DNA of 64,000 nt, from the IMG/VR virus record IMGVR_UViG_3300042691_018527, positions 1 to 64,000 of that record. One strand, given 5' to 3'. The position numbers and the translations under genes were made by a program. The notes beneath the pieces are model-generated. The model had not been told where the DNA came from, ran no database searches, and saw only the letters and a program-made list of their open reading frames with translations. The stretch comes from a virus. Below, piece after piece: positions 27,222-37,645 of this stretch. Numbering within the stretch: the first letter of the stretch is position 1; each line of letters starts with the position of its first letter.

Positions 27222-28998
27222 CAAAATAGGTCTTGGTTTAATTACATGTGACAGAATTGACTTTTTTACAAAAAGTTTAAATTCTGTTTTAGCATGTTCA
27301 AAGAACATTTCAAATTTTGAATTAGTTGTAATAAATGATGGAAATGAAAAGATAAAAAGATCCGAAAATATTAAAATAATTCAAACTAATGGAAAAACTG
27401 GTGTAGGTAAAGCTAAAAACTTAGCATTAAAATATCTCATGAAAAAAGAGTGTGAGCATATTTTTTTAATGGAAGATGATATCATTATTAAAGATGAAAA
27501 AGTTTTTGATTTATACATAAACACTTCAAAAATAACTGGCATCAAACATTTAAATTATGGGTTACATGGAAATCACAATAGAGATCCACTTGGATCTCCA
27601 GTTGTAAGAAAGACAGTAACATACAAAGACAATGTTACAAAGATAAATCTATACCCAAACATATTAGGTGCATTTAGTTATTATCATATTGATTGTTTAA
27701 ACAAGATTGGTTTGATGGATGAGCAATATTATAATGCAATGGAACACGTCGATCACACATATGTTGCGTTTAAAGCAGGGTTTCACCCACCATTTAGATG
27801 GTTTGCTGATGTATTTGGTTCTGAAAATTATCTAGAAGACATTGTACCAGACCATAAACAGAGTAAAATTCGTAGCGAAGAAAATTTCCAAGAAACTTTT
27901 AAAAAGGGATTAGATATTTTTATAAAAAAACATAATTTTAGTGTAATTGGAAATTACGGACCACCCGAATATCTGTATTCAGAAGAAGAGTGTCTTAAAG
28001 ACTTAAAAAAAATATGGAAGACGCACAATTCAGAAAAAAATAAAGGATATATTCAGACAATTTTAGATAGTTTCTGGACTCCAAAAGCAGATGACATAAA
28101 AAAAAATGAGATTTTGAATAACACAGTTGAAAATATACAAGAAAAAGAACCAGAACCATTACCTGATCCTGAACCTGAAAAAAAAGAAGTAAAGATGATT
28201 AAAAAACAAAAAGTAAAACAAGGGAAGTATGGGAAAATAGGAATAGGAGTAACAACTTATAATTCTGAAGAATATTTCAAAACATTGTTTAATAGTTTAT
28301 ATGATTGTGAATACCAAGAACTTGTAGTTGTTAATGGTGGAGATGAATATAAAGAAAAATATGATTGTGATTGGATACAACACAACTCTAACAACTACCC
28401 ATCTGTGTGCAGAAACGACGCAGTAAATTTTTTATTAAATAGAGGATGTGATCATATCTTCTTAATAGAAGATGATATGATTATTAAAGATAAAAACATA
28501 TTTCAAGAATATATCAAAGCATCTATTAATAGCGGATTAAAATATTTTTCTTTTACTAGTATGTCATGGGAATCTGGCAAACCATTCGAAAGAACACCTA
28601 GACTGACAGTTAATTATAAAAACGGCGTAAGTGTTTCTTTTTATAGAAATATGTGCAATGAGTTTACGTATCACCATAAATCATGTTTTGAAAAAACTGG
28701 ACTATATGATACTCAATTTAGAGATCCATTTGACATAGATATGGCATATAGAGAATCTCAAACCGATTATGCTGCACCATTTTGGTGGTTTGCTGACATA
28801 ACTAATGCTGATCAATACATTCAAAACAACGAAAACGCAAAAAGCAGATTACAGTCAGATAGACCAGATGGATCAAGAGAAGAAAGAATAAAAGAACAAT
28901 GGCAGTTGTTTTATAAAAAACATGGAAAACTAGTACAAGAAATACCAGATACTAACAAAGAAGATGTTGTTAAATTTTTGAAAAAAACGATGAAATGA
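27214..28998 (+). CDS. Double-domain GT2 glycosyltransferase
   Basis: Two paralogous GT-A domains (IGLGLITCDR...HIFLMEDD; IGIGVTTYNS...HIFLIEDD) joined by an EPEP linker. Confidence 0.85.
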   Translation: MNNKIGLGLITCDRIDFFTKSLNSVLACSKNISNFELVVINDGNEKIKRSENIKIIQTNGKTGVGKAKNLALKYLMKKECEHIFLMEDDIIIKDEKVFDLYINTSKITGIKHLNYGLHGNHNRDPLGSPVVRKTVTYKDNVTKINLYPNILGAFSYYHIDCLNKIGLMDEQYYNAMEHVDHTYVAFKAGFHPPFRWFADVFGSENYLEDIVPDHKQSKIRSEENFQETFKKGLDIFIKKHNFSVIGNYGPPEYLYSEEECLKDLKKIWKTHNSEKNKGYIQTILDSFWTPKADDIKKNEILNNTVENIQEKEPEPLPDPEPEKKEVKMIKKQKVKQGKYGKIGIGVTTYNSEEYFKTLFNSLYDCEYQELVVVNGGDEYKEKYDCDWIQHNSNNYPSVCRNDAVNFLLNRGCDHIFLIEDDMIIKDKNIFQEYIKASINSGLKYFSFTSMSWESGKPFERTPRLTVNYKNGVSVSFYRNMCNEFTYHHKSCFEKTGLYDTQFRDPFDIDMAYRESQTDYAAPFWWFADITNADQYIQNNENAKSRLQSDRPDGSREERIKEQWQLFYKKHGKLVQEIPDTNKEDVVKFLKKTMK

Positions 28999-29768
28999 AA
29001 ATTTCAATAGGAATTAATATACATGGCGCATATAAAAGACAAGATCAATGTATTTTTGTTTTAAAAAAACTAAAACAAAAATATCCAAACATAACGTTAT
29101 ATAACATCACATTTAGTGATGAATTTAATTTTGAGAAAGAGTTCATACATTTACCATTTTTAAATAAAACAGCATCAGACGTTATAACCGATTCAAATTC
29201 CAAAAAACCAATAGCAAATCAATTTTTTGATATTTTATCACGAACAGACTGTGATTATTTTTTATTTTTAAACAGTGACATTCTTTTAACTGAAAAGGCG
29301 CTTAAATTAATAACAAATGATTATGATACATATTGTTTTTCAAGAACCGACGTTGTATCAACTGACAAATTATCAGAAATCGTTCCTTGGCGAATAGAAA
29401 TAGCTGGGTTTGATGCATGGGCAGTTAAAAAAGAATGGTGGTTAAACAATTCAGATCATTTTAGTGATGAATACGTGTACGCAGAACACCTTTGGGATGT
29501 TTTTTTCACATTAACAATGTTTAATAACAGTAAATGCATGTTGGGTAATAAAGAAAATTACATAATACATGAAAAGCATGAATTAAATTGGAATGAAACT
29601 TCACCAGAAGCAACACATAATAGCAATTTATGGACCAAATCTCCATACGGAGAAAGGTGGAGAAAGTTTATATACGAAAATTTAATAAAAAGACAACCCA
29701 TGGGTCAATTTTTAACCCCATTAGACAACGAGACTGAATTAGAACAAACATTTTTAACGGTGAAATGA
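28995..29768 (+). CDS. GT-A-fold glycosyltransferase-like protein
   Basis: YFLFLNSDILL, AGFDAW, WD motif, HEKH. Confidence 0.65.
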   Translation: MKISIGINIHGAYKRQDQCIFVLKKLKQKYPNITLYNITFSDEFNFEKEFIHLPFLNKTASDVITDSNSKKPIANQFFDILSRTDCDYFLFLNSDILLTEKALKLITNDYDTYCFSRTDVVSTDKLSEIVPWRIEIAGFDAWAVKKEWWLNNSDHFSDEYVYAEHLWDVFFTLTMFNNSKCMLGNKENYIIHEKHELNWNETSPEATHNSNLWTKSPYGERWRKFIYENLIKRQPMGQFLTPLDNETELEQTFLTVK

Positions 29769-30421
29769 AAATTAGCGGTTTTTATGAAAAAATATATGTC
29801 GTTCATTGGAAACCTTTAAAAGACAGAAAAGAATATTTAGAAAAAATTTTTAAAGATCTTGGTTTAAACAAGATGGTTGTTTGGGTTGACCAGTATGAAT
29901 CAGAAAAAGACGTTAAAGATATTAAAAATCCATTTAATTTAAATTTAAAATTATTAATGGTTAATATGTCTCATCTTTTTTGTTATAAAGACCAATTAAA
30001 AAACGGATATAAAAATATTTTAATACTCGAAGATGATATTGACTTTGAACATTTAAACGTGATCGCTTATTTAAATCAAGCAGCAGAAGAGTTTCAACAA
30101 TTAGATGGTGATATTGCTTTTCTTAGTACTTGTTGTGGATTGAATGTAAAAAACATAAAACCACCACAGCTATTATATTACAATCCTAATTATATAACAA
30201 GATGTTGTGGTGCATATATTGTTAATAAAAGATGTGTTGAAAAATTAATAGAATGTGTTATAAATTGTCATGCGATAGATAGAATGTTAAACGCTCTTAT
30301 ACCATTAATAAATGTTCGTTGTTTGTGGAGTGGACATCCAATAAAACAAGGTTCAGAAACTGGGAAATATACCAGTGCATTATTGGATATAAGAGACAGT
30401 GACGGTAATTATACGCTATGA
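29765..30421 (+). CDS. GT25 family glycosyltransferase
   Basis: IYVVH...DRK, SH, ILILEDDI, AYIV, AID. Confidence 0.8.
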   Translation: MKISGFYEKIYVVHWKPLKDRKEYLEKIFKDLGLNKMVVWVDQYESEKDVKDIKNPFNLNLKLLMVNMSHLFCYKDQLKNGYKNILILEDDIDFEHLNVIAYLNQAAEEFQQLDGDIAFLSTCCGLNVKNIKPPQLLYYNPNYITRCCGAYIVNKRCVEKLIECVINCHAIDRMLNALIPLINVRCLWSGHPIKQGSETGKYTSALLDIRDSDGNYTL

Positions 30422-31110
30422 AATTATATACAGTTTTTACAGAATCACATTATGGGATGTTTAAAGATTATTTTATAAAAACATTTCCATTTGATTCAAA
30501 TTTAGAATTAGTTGTTAAGTTCAAACCACAAGTATGTCCATCTTCAGAGTTTCAAAGCGAAGGATGGAGAGACACGATGATGTATAAAGTACAGTGTTTT
30601 ATTGATGCTGCATATGAAACAAAAGATGGTGAATGTTTTATGTTTTCTGATCCCGACATTCAGTTTTTTAAACCATTCTCACAAGATGTTATTGAACACT
30701 TGGGAGATTATGACGCAGCATTTCAAAATGATTTTGGTGGTGGCGTAAACACTGGATTTTTTATAATGCGATCAACATCTAAGACTAGAGCTTTTTTGAA
30801 AACAGTACAAGGAAATCTTCATATGTTTCCAGAAGAACAAGTGTGTTTTAACCATCTAATACAAAATTTTAACGTATATCCAAAAATAGCTTTCCGTGCA
30901 AAGTTTTTACCAAGAGAATATTGGACTTATGGTGAATTGGCAATACAAAGAAGAACACAAGAAAACCAAGTAGGAACGTGGCAAGGACATGAAGATTTTG
31001 ATTTACCAGAAAATATAGTAATTCATCATTCAAACTGGACTGTTCCGTTTTCAAATAAAATAAAACTTTTAGATGTTGTTAGAAAGAAATACAATGATAG
31101 AAAAATTTAA
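30418..31110 (+). CDS. Nucleotide-diphospho-sugar transferase (GT77-like)
   Basis: MFSDPDIQFF, VNTGFFIMRS, EEQVCFN, IHHSNW...K. Confidence 0.75.
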   Translation: MKLYTVFTESHYGMFKDYFIKTFPFDSNLELVVKFKPQVCPSSEFQSEGWRDTMMYKVQCFIDAAYETKDGECFMFSDPDIQFFKPFSQDVIEHLGDYDAAFQNDFGGGVNTGFFIMRSTSKTRAFLKTVQGNLHMFPEEQVCFNHLIQNFNVYPKIAFRAKFLPREYWTYGELAIQRRTQENQVGTWQGHEDFDLPENIVIHHSNWTVPFSNKIKLLDVVRKKYNDRKI

Positions 31111-31981
31111 AAAATATTTAGTGAAAGCACAATCACCAGCATATCCACCTTACCATACTGGACCTTATTTAGAAGAATATTTTCTATATTATTATTTTAA
31201 AAATATAGAAAAATTTAAAAATGTAAAACATCAATATATACCGGTATTATGGACTGAGTTATATCTACATGTTGCGAGTTTAGTTGATGATTTACAAAAT
31301 GATTTAAATGAATTAGATAAAGACAAGTTTTACTTTACAGTATCTCAACATGATGATGCACCTTTTCAACAACTACCACCAAATACTATTAATTTTTCAG
31401 CTGGTGGAAATCAACCAAACACAACACCAATTCCTTTAATCTGTAGTCCAATTACAGACGTTAAAGAAGTTGAAAAGGACATATTCTGTAGTTTTGTTGG
31501 TAGTATAACAGCACCATTAGAAGGTTGGGGACTAGTTTCACATAATCTTAGAATGAAGATGTTAGAAACGCTTGTTGATAAAAAAGAATATGTATTAAAA
31601 CCAAAATCTTGGACAAATGAAGTTAAAAAAGACCGTCAAGATATGTTCTTGGATTTAACAGCAAGAAGTAAATTTACATTATGTCCTCGTGGATATGGAG
31701 CAACTAGCTTTAGGTTATACGAAGCAATGCAGTTAAAATCAGTGCCAGTTTACATATATTACGAAAAACCACACTTACCTTTTGTTGATAGAATAAACTG
31801 GAATGATATTTGTGTTTTAATTAACATTGATGATATTGGAAAATTAGATGATACATTAAAAAATATTTCAAATGAAAAGTATGCAAATATGGTTAAAACC
31901 ATGCAAGAAACATATCAAAAATACTTTACACTAGAAGGTATGTGTAATGGTATACTGGAAACACTAGAAAATATAAAATGA
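31094..31981 (+). CDS. Exostosin-family (GT47-like) glycosyltransferase
   Basis: KDIFCSFVG, SKFTLCPRGYGATSFRLYEAMQLKSVPV, LPF...INW. Likely ATG at 31094 (MIEKF). Confidence 0.85.
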   Translation: MIEKFKKYLVKAQSPAYPPYHTGPYLEEYFLYYYFKNIEKFKNVKHQYIPVLWTELYLHVASLVDDLQNDLNELDKDKFYFTVSQHDDAPFQQLPPNTINFSAGGNQPNTTPIPLICSPITDVKEVEKDIFCSFVGSITAPLEGWGLVSHNLRMKMLETLVDKKEYVLKPKSWTNEVKKDRQDMFLDLTARSKFTLCPRGYGATSFRLYEAMQLKSVPVYIYYEKPHLPFVDRINWNDICVLINIDDIGKLDDTLKNISNEKYANMVKTMQETYQKYFTLEGMCNGILETLENIK

Positions 31982-32745
31982 AAAAAATATTATTTGTTAT
32001 AGCAAAATACAACGATGGTAGACAAAAAATATTTGATGAAATTATTTCGCCTAGAAATAAACATTACTGTGATAAACATGGATTTAAATATGTTGAAATT
32101 AAAAATGAAACGCAGTTAACTTTGTTCAGAAACAATCCAACTTGGTGGAAATTTACAATAGTTAAAGATTTAATTGATAGTAATAAAGTAACTGACGGTG
32201 ATATTATTGCTCACATAGACGCGGATATGTATTTTGTAAAGGATGATGTTTCAATAGAAACACCAAAGTCATTTTCTTATTCAATTGACAGTGGTAACAC
32301 TCATTGTATGGGGTGGTACAGTTTAAAGATAAACGAATGGACAAAAAATCTTGTAAAAAATATCTTATCCGATGAAAGATTCAATCGTTTAAATGATAAA
32401 GTAACGATACACGATAGATTTAAAACATATTCTAGTTTCTGGCATGACTTTAGAGAACAAGCAAGTTGGTATAGTTTGGCAGGAATAAAAAGACATTCTG
32501 ATAAACCATTTTGGGAATATCCAAATAATGGTTTTTATAGTCAATATGACGAAAATGTTATATACACAATCGATGAACTCAAAGAAAACGTTGAAATATT
32601 TAAAACCAGCTTCAATGTAACAGAATGGGTTGGTGAAAGTTCTTGTGAATTTAACATCAATAACAATGTTAAAAAAGAAGATGTTGTCATAAGACACTTT
32701 GCCGGTGGACAAGACTGGAATAATGTTAGAAATTGGATTCAGTAA
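31978..32745 (+). CDS. GT34 (GMA12/MNN10)-like glycosyltransferase
   Basis: YCDKHGFKY, PTWWKF, HIDADM, REQ, IRHFAG. Confidence 0.75.
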   Translation: MKKILFVIAKYNDGRQKIFDEIISPRNKHYCDKHGFKYVEIKNETQLTLFRNNPTWWKFTIVKDLIDSNKVTDGDIIAHIDADMYFVKDDVSIETPKSFSYSIDSGNTHCMGWYSLKINEWTKNLVKNILSDERFNRLNDKVTIHDRFKTYSSFWHDFREQASWYSLAGIKRHSDKPFWEYPNNGFYSQYDENVIYTIDELKENVEIFKTSFNVTEWVGESSCEFNINNNVKKEDVVIRHFAGGQDWNNVRNWIQ

Positions 32746-32749
32746 TGTA

Positions 32750-32777
32750 TTGATTTAAAAAAAAATTATTATACACT
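32750..32777 (+). promoter_or_regulatory. Sigma70-type internal promoter in the glycan island
   Basis: TTGATT-N16-TACACT, 10 nt before ATG 32788. Confidence 0.45.
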
Positions 32778-32787
32778 AATATATATT

Positions 32788-33462
32788 ATGAGCATAAACG
32801 AAATAACAAATTTTTTAAATATTAAAAATTTTAATTTTGCAGAAGGTGGAGTATTTCACGAAGAAGGGCAAGTTGATATATTTTTTAATATATTAAAAAA
32901 CATAAACACAGAAGAACCTAAAATGTTTGAATTGGGTAGTTATGAATCGTTTTATTCTGTTGTTTTTAATAAATTTTTCCAAAATAAAAACGTAACAAAT
33001 GTTTGTTTAGAAATATGTAAGCCATGTTTAGACATAGGTGTTCAAAATTCAACCAATAATGAATGTAAAAACATGAGTTTTGAATATGCTAGTGTTGGCG
33101 AAACAAATTTAGGGATTTATAACGGAACCACACAATTTAAAGATTTAGAAATATCAGATAAAAAACTAACAGTTAAATATCTATTTGATTTCTATAAAAT
33201 AGACGTATTAGATGTATTACACGTAGACGTTCAAGGTTCAGAGGGGTCGGTTTTAGAAGAAATACAAAAAGAAAAATTGAAAATTAATTACTTTTTTATT
33301 AACATACACGATGACAGTATAACAAATAATTTTTACGGTTATAGTGTATATGAAAAATGTAAACAAATATTAGATACTTTTGATGTCGATTATATCTATG
33401 ATAATAGAATTTATGGTGGATATGGTGACGGCTTAATAGTAGCTAAAACTAAAAAAATATAA
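32788..33462 (+). CDS. FkbM-family SAM methyltransferase
   Basis: MFELGS, IDVLDVLHVDVQGSE, GDGLIV. Confidence 0.75.
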   Translation: MSINEITNFLNIKNFNFAEGGVFHEEGQVDIFFNILKNINTEEPKMFELGSYESFYSVVFNKFFQNKNVTNVCLEICKPCLDIGVQNSTNNECKNMSFEYASVGETNLGIYNGTTQFKDLEISDKKLTVKYLFDFYKIDVLDVLHVDVQGSEGSVLEEIQKEKLKINYFFINIHDDSITNNFYGYSVYEKCKQILDTFDVDYIYDNRIYGGYGDGLIVAKTKKI

Positions 33463-33470
33463 AACACACA

Positions 33471-34376
33471 ATGAAAAAAATTAAAATAAACTTTGTAGAT
33501 TTTTGGCCCAATCTTATTAAAGATGACAATTATTTTTATAATTTGTTAAAAACAAAATATGATGTAGAAATAGATGAAGTAAATCCTGATGTTTTGTTTT
33601 TTTCGGTTGATTATGGTAATGCCAGAGAAAGAGATCGTTATAAAAATTGTTTAAAAGTGTTTTATACGGGAGAAGATGCAGCCCCCAACTGGAATGAATG
33701 TGATTTAGCATACACATTCAGACACTCGTCCGACCCTAGAGAATATAGACTTCCGCTATGGGCATTATACTTTAATTGGTTTAACAGACCATATAACGAT
33801 GATAGAGATCAAGCATTGTTATGGGACATGAAAGACTTTTTAAATAAGCCCACACAGGTTAATAAACCAAATTTTTGTGGATTTATTAATATGCAACCTA
33901 AAGGAAAACGAGTTGAGTTTGTTCCAAAACTAATGAATTACAAAAAAGTAGATTGTGCTGGTCCGTTATACCACAATACACCATATGTTATTACAGATAG
34001 TCGTGGAAATTTAGCTAGAGGTGATCAAAAATATAAAGTTGATTGGTTATCTTCTTATAAGTTTTCAGTTTCAATGGAAAATTGTTGTTCGCTAGGATAT
34101 TGTACTGAAAAAATAATACATGCTATGTTTGCCAACTGTATTCCAATTTATTGGGGTTCAGAATCTGTTAATCAAGATTTTAATGAAAATTCTTTTATAA
34201 ATTGTCATAATTTTTCTTCTGATGAAGAAGTTATAGAAAAAATTAAAGAACTAGATTCAGATAATAGAAAATATGCAAAAATGTTAATGGGAGAACCTTG
34301 GTTTAATGATAATAAAATACCAGATTTTGTTCAACCTGATTCTGTTTTGACTTTACTTTCAAACAAATTAGATTAA
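33471..34376 (+). CDS. GT10 alpha-1,3/4-fucosyltransferase-like
   Basis: FYTGED, YKFSVSMEN...GYCTEKIIHAMFANCIPIYWG. Confidence 0.9.
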   Translation: MKKIKINFVDFWPNLIKDDNYFYNLLKTKYDVEIDEVNPDVLFFSVDYGNARERDRYKNCLKVFYTGEDAAPNWNECDLAYTFRHSSDPREYRLPLWALYFNWFNRPYNDDRDQALLWDMKDFLNKPTQVNKPNFCGFINMQPKGKRVEFVPKLMNYKKVDCAGPLYHNTPYVITDSRGNLARGDQKYKVDWLSSYKFSVSMENCCSLGYCTEKIIHAMFANCIPIYWGSESVNQDFNENSFINCHNFSSDEEVIEKIKELDSDNRKYAKMLMGEPWFNDNKIPDFVQPDSVLTLLSNKLD

Positions 34377-34385
34377 TATATATTT

Positions 34386-34514
34386 ATGAGTACAGATTTT
34401 GATGAAAATGATTTTAGAAAATATAAAAATGATTGTAGTGTTTTTATAGAAACTGGTTCTAATATTGAGTACTATAAATCTTCAAACGAAAACGTTTTCT
34501 TAATTTCTGTGTAA
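34386..34514 (+). pseudogene. 42-aa remnant resembling an internally deleted SAM methyltransferase (not in ORF track)
   Basis: MSTDFDENDFRKYKNDCSVFIETGSNIEYYKSSNENVFLISV*. VFIETG resembles motif I; the stop overlaps the next ATG (TAATG). Confidence 0.5.
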
Positions 34515-35224
34515 TGAAACCAGATAAGATATACATTGTTCATTATACAAAATTAAAAGACAGATATGATACTTTAGTTCCGTTTTTAGAAAACTGCAAA
34601 ATACCTTATGAGTTTATAACTGAATTTGACCAAGAAGTTTTAGACGAGAAAGTATTAAATAATTTTTATAATCCAGACAAACAAAAATTTGAAAATAAAA
34701 TTAAAAACTTATGGGACTTGAACATCCATAAGTTTCGTCATTTAAATAAACCAGAAATTTCATGCACAATAAAACATCTAGTTGCAATTAAAAAATTATC
34801 ACAAGAATGTAAAAATTTTGGTCTAATCTTAGAAGATGACGTTTTGTTTTATGATAATTTTAATAAAAATTATAAAACATATATTGAAAACACACCAGCA
34901 GATTGGGATTCAATTTTTTTGGGTGACGGTTGCGGTATAAATTTTCAAAATGAATCTATAATAAAAAGTAAAAGAATAAACGATAATTTATTTTTAATGC
35001 CACATCCAGCAACTAACTGCGCAGAGGCATATTTACTAAAACCAGATATAGCTAATAAAATTTATGAATCTTCTATCCCGTTTCAGTTAGTATCCGATTG
35101 GGAATTAGCGTATCAGTTTTTTAAATTAGATGCTAAAGTTTATTGGTGGTATCCATCCTTAGTAACACAAGGATCTAGAAATGGAAAATATAATTCAACG
35201 TTAGATTTAGGTCAACGACTATGA
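34514..35224 (+). CDS. GT25 family glycosyltransferase
   Basis: IYIVHY..LKDR, EISCTIKH, LILEDDV, AYLL. Confidence 0.82.
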   Translation: MKPDKIYIVHYTKLKDRYDTLVPFLENCKIPYEFITEFDQEVLDEKVLNNFYNPDKQKFENKIKNLWDLNIHKFRHLNKPEISCTIKHLVAIKKLSQECKNFGLILEDDVLFYDNFNKNYKTYIENTPADWDSIFLGDGCGINFQNESIIKSKRINDNLFLMPHPATNCAEAYLLKPDIANKIYESSIPFQLVSDWELAYQFFKLDAKVYWWYPSLVTQGSRNGKYNSTLDLGQRL

Positions 35225-36309
35225 AAAAAATAGCATTTATTAAATTCGCAGGAATGGCATCTGGTGGTATTGAAAAATATCTTCAAACCATTGCAATCTT
35301 GTTAAAACAACAAAATCACCACGTTGATTTTTATTACACAAACGCAGCACCCTTTACGAATGGTTGGAAACACCCAGAAAATAGTGAAGAAAGAAGAAAA
35401 TACGTAAAAGCTAACGGAATTAATACAATTGAAGTTCATGTTGATTACAAGATAGGAGAAAGAGAGCCTTATGAATGGGTTGGTACTAATTTTTGGGATA
35501 TTTTTGATGAAAAAGAATACGATTTTATACAAACCGGAAGAGGTGGATATCCAGAATACCCATTTAATTTAATTAATGAATGTAGTATAATTGACAGTAT
35601 TCATAGTTTTACTGGAGAAGACAAACCAAATATCAAGAAAGCAATATTATTATGTAAATGGCAAGCTGATAGATGGGCAAATAGCGGAGGAAACATTAAT
35701 AAAGCTGAAATAATACCATCGATTGTATATGTTCCAGAGAAAAAGAAATCATCACTAAGAGAAGTATTAAACATTCCAGATGATATGTTCATATATGGTT
35801 TTCATCAAGCAAATAGAGAAGATATTTTTTCACCAGTATCGTTATTATCATATGCTCAAGTACAAAACGACAAAACATGTTTTGTTATATTGGGTGGAAG
35901 TCAACAACACGTTAACTTAGCAAAACAATTAAACTTAAAAAACATGTATTTCTTAGAATTTACAAGTTCTACCGAAGATATTCATGATTTTTTATCCGGA
36001 ATAGATGTTTTTGCACACGCAAGATCTGATGGTGAAGTATGTTCTGCTTCGATTATAGAAGCAATGTATCACGGAAAGCCAGTTATAAGTCATCCAGCAT
36101 TAAACATGGGACATGCTGAACAAATAGATGGGTGTGGAAAGGTTTGCAATTCTTTAGAAGAATATGTAAACGAAATGAAACTTTTAAAAAATGAAAAAAA
36201 TTATTATTCTGAAAAATCAGAAAAAACATTAGATCGTTATAATGAAAAATACAATTATAAAAAAGTTGAAAAGGCTATAATAGACTTATATAACAATATT
36301 GAAAATTGA
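35221..36309 (+). CDS. GT4 (GT-B) glycosyltransferase
   Basis: SGGIEKY, IDVFAHARSDGEVCSASIIEAMYHGKPVI. Confidence 0.87.
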   Translation: MKKIAFIKFAGMASGGIEKYLQTIAILLKQQNHHVDFYYTNAAPFTNGWKHPENSEERRKYVKANGINTIEVHVDYKIGEREPYEWVGTNFWDIFDEKEYDFIQTGRGGYPEYPFNLINECSIIDSIHSFTGEDKPNIKKAILLCKWQADRWANSGGNINKAEIIPSIVYVPEKKKSSLREVLNIPDDMFIYGFHQANREDIFSPVSLLSYAQVQNDKTCFVILGGSQQHVNLAKQLNLKNMYFLEFTSSTEDIHDFLSGIDVFAHARSDGEVCSASIIEAMYHGKPVISHPALNMGHAEQIDGCGKVCNSLEEYVNEMKLLKNEKNYYSEKSEKTLDRYNEKYNYKKVEKAIIDLYNNIEN

Positions 36310-36333
36310 CTTTTAAAAATTATTTATTAATAT
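36306..36333 (+). promoter_or_regulatory. Sigma70-type near-leaderless promoter heading the methyltransferase/heptose block
   Basis: TTGACT-N16-TAATAT, 6 nt before ATG 36340. Confidence 0.6.
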
Positions 36334-36339
36334 TAATCT

Positions 36340-37005
36340 ATGACATTAGAACAAAAAATTGACGAAATCGAATATCGATTAAAAACAGAATCAAAGATAA
36401 TGGCAAAACATGATTACCATGAAACGTTTCATTTAGCTTGTACGGAATATGTTAAACTAGATGGTCTTTGGATGGAATTTGGTGTATTTACTGGTAGGAG
36501 TATTGAACAATTTTCAAGAAAAGCACCACTCATATATGGTTTTGATTGTTTCGATGGACTACCAGAGTATTGGGACGAAAATAATCCAAAGGGTTGTTAT
36601 GGTTTAGGTGGTCAAATTCCACCAGGTTATATCGTTGGTGAAAATCATTCAATGTTTAATAGCAATCTTCCAACAAATTGGAAGCCTTGGCCAGAAAATG
36701 TTAAATTGATTAAAGGGTATTTTGAAGATACACTTCCAGTTTTTTTAAAAAAATTTGAAGGTGATGTTTCTTTTGTACACATTGATGGTGATTTATATTC
36801 ATCCGCAAAAACAGTTTTGGATAATTTAAAACCAAGATTTAAAAAAGGTTCTATATTATTATTCGATGAAATTGTAGATTATGAAGCTTACAGAGAACAT
36901 GAAATAAAAGCATTTGCCGAGTTCCTATTGGATACTGGGTTTGATTATACACCACTTTTGTATCAAAATTTAGGATATAGTCAAGGTCTATTTGAACTAA
37001 AATAA
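36340..37005 (+). CDS. Class I SAM methyltransferase (TylF/Methyltransf_24-like)
   Basis: MEFGVFTGRS, YGFDCFDGLP, KGYFEDTL, FVHIDGDLYSS, LFDE. Confidence 0.85.
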   Translation: MTLEQKIDEIEYRLKTESKIMAKHDYHETFHLACTEYVKLDGLWMEFGVFTGRSIEQFSRKAPLIYGFDCFDGLPEYWDENNPKGCYGLGGQIPPGYIVGENHSMFNSNLPTNWKPWPENVKLIKGYFEDTLPVFLKKFEGDVSFVHIDGDLYSSAKTVLDNLKPRFKKGSILLFDEIVDYEAYREHEIKAFAEFLLDTGFDYTPLLYQNLGYSQGLFELK

Positions 37006-37006
37006 A

Positions 37007-37645
37007 ATGTATTCATTAAACAACTTGGATGAAAAATTATTAAAATATTTAAATTTTAATAATGGATTCTTTATAGAAGCTGGTGCAAATGATGGCATTA
37101 GTCAGTCGAATACTTTGATGTATGAGCAGAAATTCAATTGGTCTGGTTTACTAGTTGAACCTTCTTTCATAAAATATGAAGAATGTAAGAAAAATAGACC
37201 AAACTGCATAGTTGAAAACTATGCACTTGTTAATGAAAATTATAAAGAGAAAACAATTTACGGTGATTTCGATTACTTTGAAAAACACCAGTCTTTATGT
37301 GGTCAAATTACAAGAAAAGAAGAATATTTCGATGATGATCTAAAGTGGAACCTAGACGAAAAAAATAAAAACAGCAAGATAATAGAAGTTCCTTGTGCAA
37401 CACTAAACTCTATTTTAGAAAAACATAACATAAACCATATAGATTTTTTTAGTTTGGATGTTGAAGGTTATGAAATAGAAGTTTTAAGCGGCTTTAATGT
37501 TCAAAAATACAAACCAAAATATTTTTTAATTGAAACTGGAAACGAATACAGATATAATACTATCTGTTCTTATATGTTTTCTAGAAATTATAAAATATTA
37601 GAAAACATATCGGACGTTGACACACTTTTTACATATGAAAACTGA
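37007..37645 (+). CDS. FkbM-family methyltransferase
   Basis: FIEAGANDGISQSNT, WSGLLVEP, IDFFSLDVEGYE. Confidence 0.88.
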   Translation: MYSLNNLDEKLLKYLNFNNGFFIEAGANDGISQSNTLMYEQKFNWSGLLVEPSFIKYEECKKNRPNCIVENYALVNENYKEKTIYGDFDYFEKHQSLCGQITRKEEYFDDDLKWNLDEKNKNSKIIEVPCATLNSILEKHNINHIDFFSLDVEGYEIEVLSGFNVQKYKPKYFLIETGNEYRYNTICSYMFSRNYKILENISDVDTLFTYEN

